Assembly (NCBI GenBank): GCA_963727895.1
Contig: CAVSHT010000005.1
Span: 64,001-128,000 of the forward strand
Direction: 5' to 3'
Source: an uncultured Methanosarcinaceae archaeon
GTDB lineage: Archaea > Halobacteriota > Methanosarcinia > Methanosarcinales > Methanosarcinaceae
Length of the DNA stretch: 64,000 bases
A program made the translations under genes and the position numbers. Below, in pieces: positions 58,689 to 64,000 of the stretch (position 1 is the stretch's first letter; each line of letters opens with the position of its first letter). Under the pieces are notes generated by a model, which did not search any database, had not been told where the DNA came from, and saw only the letters and a program-made list of their open reading frames with translations.

Positions 58689-60119
58689 ATGGAAAGCTAT
58701 GACCTTATAGTAGTAGGTACGGGTTCTGCAATGAATTACATAAATTCTATCATTGATTCAAACCCTAAAATGAAAATTGCTGTTATTGACAAAGATGAAC
58801 CAGGCGGAATCTGCCTTACCAGGGGATGTATCCCTTCAAAAATCCTGCTGTATCCTGCTGAACTGATTAGAGAGCTGGAAACTGCATCTACTTTTGGAAT
58901 TAAGCTTGAAATACAGGGTATTGATTTCCTTGCAATTATGGAAAGGATGCGCAGGAAAATAGGAGAAGACATCGAATCAATAAAAAAGGGATTGACCGAA
59001 AATCCGTATATTGATTATTACCATGAAACTGCAGAGTTCATCTCCCCTTATACTTTAAAAGCAGGTGAAAAAACCCTCCACTCCGAAATGATATTCCTCT
59101 GTACCGGCTCAAAACCTGCAATTCCTCCAATTAAAGGCCTTGAAGAAACAGGATACCTTACAAGTGATACTGTGCTTAAGCTTACGGAATGTCCAAAAAA
59201 GTTAGCCATTCTGGGAGGCAGTTACATTGCAGCTGAATACGGAAACTTTTTCTCGGCTATGGGATCAGAGGTCACGGTTATTGGAAGAAATTCTCAATTT
59301 CTTCCACAGGAAGAGCCTGAAATTTCCAAACTTGCCATGATGAAGATGTCGGAATACATGCAGGTTATTACAAACCATGAAGCCATAGAGGTTAGAAAGG
59401 AAGATAACGGACAGAAAATCGTAGTGGCAAAGGAAAAAGACTCAGGAAAAGAGATAAAAATCACTGCAGATGAAATCCTCGTGGCAACAGGAAGATCTCC
59501 AAATACCGATATTCTTCATCCCGAAAGAGCCGGAATCAAAACAGATGCTCAAGGATGGATTCAGGTGAATGAGTACCTTGAGACTTCACAGCCAAATATC
59601 TGGGCGTTTGGGGATGCAAATGGAAAATATCTATTAAAACATGTAGGGAATTACGAGTCTGGAATAGTTTACCTCAATTCGATTCTGAACGAAAAAACAA
59701 AAGCAGACTATCACGCTGTACCGCATGCCGTTTTTTCATATCCTGAAATTGCCGGGGTAGGTATGAAGGAACAGGAAGCCGTGGAAAAGTATGGAGAGGA
59801 GAGAATTCTCATAGGTCTCAAGTTTTTTGAAGATACTGCAAAAGGGTCGGCTATGGAAATAAGGGATTATTTTGTAAAGGTAATCCTGGATGCGGAAGAA
59901 GAAAAAATTCTGGGAGCTCATATAATAGGCCCACATGCTTCAGTTTTGATCCACCAGATAATTCCTCTTATGTATACAGAATCAAAAAGTTCTGAACCAA
60001 TTATGCGGGGTATGGATATTCACCCTTCTCTTAGTGAGGTTGTAACCAGAGCCTTTTATTCTCGGTTTTCTCATGAGCAGTATCATCATTTCCTTAAACA
60101 TATCGGGCTTGAGAACTGA
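58689..60119 (+). CDS. Dihydrolipoamide dehydrogenase-family pyridine nucleotide-disulfide oxidoreductase
   Basis: GGICLTRGCIPSK redox disulfide; ATGRSPN; HPSLSE. Confidence 0.88.
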   Translation: MESYDLIVVGTGSAMNYINSIIDSNPKMKIAVIDKDEPGGICLTRGCIPSKILLYPAELIRELETASTFGIKLEIQGIDFLAIMERMRRKIGEDIESIKKGLTENPYIDYYHETAEFISPYTLKAGEKTLHSEMIFLCTGSKPAIPPIKGLEETGYLTSDTVLKLTECPKKLAILGGSYIAAEYGNFFSAMGSEVTVIGRNSQFLPQEEPEISKLAMMKMSEYMQVITNHEAIEVRKEDNGQKIVVAKEKDSGKEIKITADEILVATGRSPNTDILHPERAGIKTDAQGWIQVNEYLETSQPNIWAFGDANGKYLLKHVGNYESGIVYLNSILNEKTKADYHAVPHAVFSYPEIAGVGMKEQEAVEKYGEERILIGLKFFEDTAKGSAMEIRDYFVKVILDAEEEKILGAHIIGPHASVLIHQIIPLMYTESKSSEPIMRGMDIHPSLSEVVTRAFYSRFSHEQYHHFLKHIGLEN

Positions 60120-60140
60120 AAATACGCAAGAGTGATATTA

Positions 60141-60596
60141 ATGAACAGCACGAATGTGATAGTTAGATAAGCAATGGAATTTGGTACGAAAGCACATGCT
60201 GAACAGCTTGATGATGCTGGAAACGATTATTTTAAGGTCCATTGCTGCCAGGTTTATAAAATTGTTAAAATACTTTACCCTGATGACTTTGAATTGCAAG
60301 CTGCTGCCCTTCTTCACGATACCTTAGAATATACTGACACTACATATGAAAAATTAGTAACCACATTTGGTGCAGATATTGCTGGCCTCATTCTAGAGGT
60401 CACGCATGAAAGAAAAGAAGATAATAAAGGATGGTATTTTCCCAATCTGCACTCTATACGCGAAATTGTTTTAAAATTCGCTGATCGCGCCTCTAATTTA
60501 TCCCGAACGGAAGGTGTGTGGGATGCCGAAATGATTGAAAAATACATAAAAAAGTCAAAATTTTGGCAATCCGAAGACATAAATCAGAAGATATAA
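60141..60596 (+). CDS. Small RelA/SpoT-type HD hydrolase (Mesh1-like); in-frame TAA at 60168, possible restart at ATG 60174
   Basis: AH..Q, Y..H, AALLHDTLE.T, VTH, KFADR..N. Confidence 0.7.
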
Positions 60597-61113
60597 AAAA
60601 GACATAACTAAGGAATAATAAAAATTAATTTCAAGTGTTTGTACTTCATATTGCCATTAATGATGTTTGAATAATACAAAATTATAGAGCCTTTACCTAA
60701 GTAAAAAACTGAAGTTATATTTCAACCATTCCTAAATGATTTTGTTTATGTATATTTTCTCTTTTCTCTTTTTCTAGGCTTTTTTTTGAATCATTTGAGT
60801 TGTCAACTTTGAAAAATTCTCTCGATAACAAATCTCATTAGTTTAACCCAATTGCTGGAATTTTTCTTATTAATTTTTAGAATCGCACAGTTGATTATTA
60901 CATATTTTTACAAAACTAAGTTTTCTGCTAACTATTTTTCGAAAAATCCCCGTTTTCCAAGAATTGGAATACTGCCGTCATGTATTTATGTTAACGTCGT
61001 TAAGTGGATATAGTTATAAAAATAAATTTATTCTAAAATATAATAAACGAGCGTTAACAATAAATAGGCTAGTAAAATTAGGCTAGTTAAAAAAAGGAAA
61101 TCGCTGAGAAAAT

Positions 61114-61602
61114 ATGAAGATAAATAAACAATCATTGATAGTCACACTCCTTCTGACTACATTAATAGCATTCATACCCCTTGGATTAGCAGCTCCTGTC
61201 GGAACATCAGAAAATGCAACAGTAAACGTTACAAAAAGCTGGCTTGGAGTTAAATTTGAACATGGCGGCAATAATACATCAGCCATCGACTGTTCTCATT
61301 TAGTATATCAAGTATACAGTACGGTAGGTGCTAAAGATATATACTTCCTGAGAGTGCCTTATATGAAAAACAATTCGTATTATGTCAACACAACCGATCC
61401 TGCTCTAGGTGATGTGATCTTCTGGCAGAAGGATGTTACTCAAAACAATAAAACGTACGAGCTTGCCACTCATGTAGGAATATACATAGGAAACAATCAG
61501 TTTATAGACCCATCTTTTATTACAAAAAATGTAACCACAGAAAATATCACTGGTATTTATAAAGAAGGAATGCCATACTTTGCAAGATGGTCTCATAACT
61601 AA
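61114..61602 (+). CDS. Secreted NlpC/P60 (C40) family protein
   Basis: Signal peptide; IDCSHLV..VY, GDVIF, HVGIYIGNNQFI. Confidence 0.85.
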   Translation: MKINKQSLIVTLLLTTLIAFIPLGLAAPVGTSENATVNVTKSWLGVKFEHGGNNTSAIDCSHLVYQVYSTVGAKDIYFLRVPYMKNNSYYVNTTDPALGDVIFWQKDVTQNNKTYELATHVGIYIGNNQFIDPSFITKNVTTENITGIYKEGMPYFARWSHN

Positions 61603-61742
61603 GAGGCATCAGTGAAGATATTTTATGGAATAACTAGTATAAGAGATCTAAAAAGATCTCCTGTTTTCAGTTTTAACTTTTTTCAGAATTAAGTTATATG
61701 TGCAACCAATGCAAAGCCGCAAACCGTAGCTTTACCCAAAAT

Positions 61743-62117
61743 TCAGTACTCATGTTCTTCTTCACAAAAAGACTGATCAATCTGCTCTCTTTTGAACCTG
61801 ATATAAGTCTCATTTATGGATTCCAGACATTTTGTGCAGACATCGACTTCTCTTTTTATTATTCCTTCTGAGAAATCGGGAACTTGAAGTTTCACAGGGT
61901 AAACTCTGTTCTTTGTTCCACATAAAAAACATTTGTTATTCCTAAATGAGATTTCGTCTTTTTCAATACTTAGATATGATTTCTGGGCGGAATCGAGGCA
62001 GGTTCCACAGAGTCCTTTCCAAACACCCTCAGGATAAGCAAACTTAAGGAGAGGACGGAAAATCCGGACAGGAATAACGACTGGGATTCCTTTTCCACAA
62101 AGATCACAATCTTTCAT
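61743..62117 (-). CDS. fpoO: F420H2 dehydrogenase subunit FpoO
   Basis: DCDLCG, YPEGVWKGLC..C, CFLCG, CTKC; follows fpoN. Confidence 0.88.
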   Translation of the reverse strand: MKDCDLCGKGIPVVIPVRIFRPLLKFAYPEGVWKGLCGTCLDSAQKSYLSIEKDEISFRNNKCFLCGTKNRVYPVKLQVPDFSEGIIKREVDVCTKCLESINETYIRFKREQIDQSFCEEEHEY

Positions 62118-62130
62118 TTCTCATAGCTCC

Positions 62131-63576
62131 TTAAATCAGTATCTTTGCTGCTTCCATTGCCCACTGCAAGAAAGGTTCAGGCCATATGCCCATAGCTAAC
62201 ACGCCTGCCGCTGCAAACAAAAGAGCTGCTGTATATGGGAAAGGCAAACCGATCTTTTTGCCTTCAGGGGGAAGAAAGTACATGTATCTTACAAGCCGTG
62301 CATAATAAAACAGTGAAAGAGCACTGTTCAGGATTGCAATTACTTCAAGCCATACTATTCCTGATTGAATAGCCGAAGAGAAAAGAACGAATTTGACCAT
62401 AAAACCGGCAGTTGGGGGAATTCCTGCAAGGGCAAAGACGAAAATCATCATCGTAAAAGCAACCAATGACATTCTCTTACCAAGACCTTTGAAACTGTCA
62501 AGATGGTCTGGAACATCCAGATTTCCTGTTTTTTGAGTGGTCATCATCCAGACAACTGCCCCGGCTGCGATAAAAGCTCCTCCCTTCATGAAAGCATGGG
62601 CGAGAGTATAAAAGATTCCACCTGTAAAAGCTACCGGGGTCATTACCACAAAAGCCATTGCAATATATCCTGCTTGAGCCAGATAAGAGTAAGCAAGCAT
62701 GCGTTTTACACTGGTATGAGACACTGCAACCACATTTTCTAAGGTCATGGTTACAACTGTCAGGATAGTAAAAGCGAGCTGCCAGTCAGGTTGAAGGACT
62801 GCAAGTGCTAATATAAAAACCCTGAATGCTGCCACAAAACTCATCTTCTTTGATCCGGCTGCAAGCAGGGAAGATACAACTGAAGGAGACCCCTGATAAG
62901 CATCCGGAGTCCACATATGGAAAGGCACAAGAGCCATTTTAAAGCCAAATCCTGCAATTAATAGCACGACGGCTACAAGCCCAATCGGATTTTCTGCCAG
63001 GAGTGAGGCTTTTTCAGCAATCATAGGAATGCTTGTAGTACCTGTTGCTCCGTAGATAAAAGAGATGCCAAAAAGCATAATCGCTGAAGAAACAGCACCT
63101 ATAACAAAGTACTTCATAGCTCCTTCAAGGGATCCGAGATTCTGTTTTTCAAAGCCTGCAAGAGCATAAGTATCAAAACTTGCCAGTTCAAAGGCACAGA
63201 AGAGCAGGATAAAGTCGTTTGAGGATGCAACAACCATCATCCCAAAGGTTGCAAAAAGTACCAGAGAATAGAACTCTTCTGTATGGTCGCTGTTTTCATT
63301 ATATTTGATTGAAGCAACTGACACGATAAGTGCAACTACCAGAAAAACCAATTTAAAAAACTGAGAAAGAGCGTCGATGCTGACAGTACCAGAAAACATT
63401 ATAGCTTCGGTCCTGAAACTATGCACCGTAAGGAACAGGGCTGTAAGGACGCCCACAGTTGCCAGATAGCCCAGTGCATTTTTAGATCGCGAAGACAGGA
63501 AAACCCCTATAAGCAGTATAATCAAACCGGTTACAACCACTACAATTTCGGGTGCAAGAGACATTAATTCATCCAT
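62131..63576 (-). CDS. fpoN: F420H2 dehydrogenase subunit N (NuoN-like)
   Basis: EGAMKYF, GFKMALVPFHMW.PD.YQG, KRMLAYS, AGIPPTAGF. Confidence 0.9.
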   Translation of the reverse strand: MDELMSLAPEIVVVVTGLIILLIGVFLSSRSKNALGYLATVGVLTALFLTVHSFRTEAIMFSGTVSIDALSQFFKLVFLVVALIVSVASIKYNENSDHTEEFYSLVLFATFGMMVVASSNDFILLFCAFELASFDTYALAGFEKQNLGSLEGAMKYFVIGAVSSAIMLFGISFIYGATGTTSIPMIAEKASLLAENPIGLVAVVLLIAGFGFKMALVPFHMWTPDAYQGSPSVVSSLLAAGSKKMSFVAAFRVFILALAVLQPDWQLAFTILTVVTMTLENVVAVSHTSVKRMLAYSYLAQAGYIAMAFVVMTPVAFTGGIFYTLAHAFMKGGAFIAAGAVVWMMTTQKTGNLDVPDHLDSFKGLGKRMSLVAFTMMIFVFALAGIPPTAGFMVKFVLFSSAIQSGIVWLEVIAILNSALSLFYYARLVRYMYFLPPEGKKIGLPFPYTAALLFAAAGVLAMGIWPEPFLQWAMEAAKILI

Positions 63577-63578
63577 AT

Positions 63579-64000
63579 TTACACCCCCATAGTAGTTGCC
63601 AGGTTGACTATTGCTTCTGAACTGTTAATCATCATATTAAGCACCGGACTCGGGTTCAGGCCAAAATAAAGCACAAGAAGAGAAATAGCTCCCATCGAAA
63701 AGACCTGAAGAGAGTTTATGTCCCTGATATTCCCAAGTTTCTCATTGAAAACTCCGAACATTGCTCTTTGCATTGCCCATAGATAATAACCTGCAGTAAT
63801 CACTATTGCCAGCAAGGCAAGCAAAACAAATCCAGGCAGGTTGACATAGCTGAAGGTAAGAACCAGAAATTCGGCAATAAAGCCAGTTAAACCTGGAAGG
63901 CCAAGGGAAGCCATAAAGCCGATCATCATAATTACAGTCAGCATCGGCATCTTCTTTGCAAGCCCACCAAGGTTATTGATTATCCTTGTGCCTGCATTTT
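63579..64000 (-). CDS. fpoM: F420H2 dehydrogenase subunit M, 3' part (gene starts beyond the window)
   Basis: LGGLAKKMP..MASLGLPGLTGFIAEF; directly upstream of fpoN. Confidence 0.88.
   Translation of the reverse strand, partial: NAGTRIINNLGGLAKKMPMLTVIMMIGFMASLGLPGLTGFIAEFLVLTFSYVNLPGFVLLALLAIVITAGYYLWAMQRAMFGVFNEKLGNIRDINSLQVFSMGAISLLVLYFGLNPSPVLNMMINSSEAIVNLATTMGV

Overview
AT-rich archaeal DNA whose gene content points to Methanosarcina (fpoMNO, trpCBADFEG operon, YVTN/PKD surface protein, intron-containing tRNA-Arg, N-type ATPase operon). Intact blocks: marR-lon, a nine-gene N-ATPase operon, the trp operon, dtdA and a redox/transport block at 49.5-60 kb. These alternate with heavily decayed accessory DNA: five IS1-family copies plus an orphan IS1 end, three IS6 copies, ISH3 and IS256 remnants, a MITE and about a dozen host pseudogenes. 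The best candidate for an undescribed system is at 17.6-25.1 kb: a single-domain KaiC/RAD55-like ATPase and an overlapping response regulator, followed by four co-oriented paralogues built from a 23-residue helical repeat. Also notable: a broken DUF4062-NACHT-HEAT (STAND/NLR-like) gene, a 55-aa nine-Cys desulforedoxin-like ORF missing from the ORF track, an ABC exporter plus nucleotidyltransferase remnant resembling lasso-peptide clusters, an IS1 copy with a naturally fused transposase frame, a secreted NlpC/P60 protein and an apparently eroding fpoN. All family assignments come from motif recognition by eye; no searches were run.
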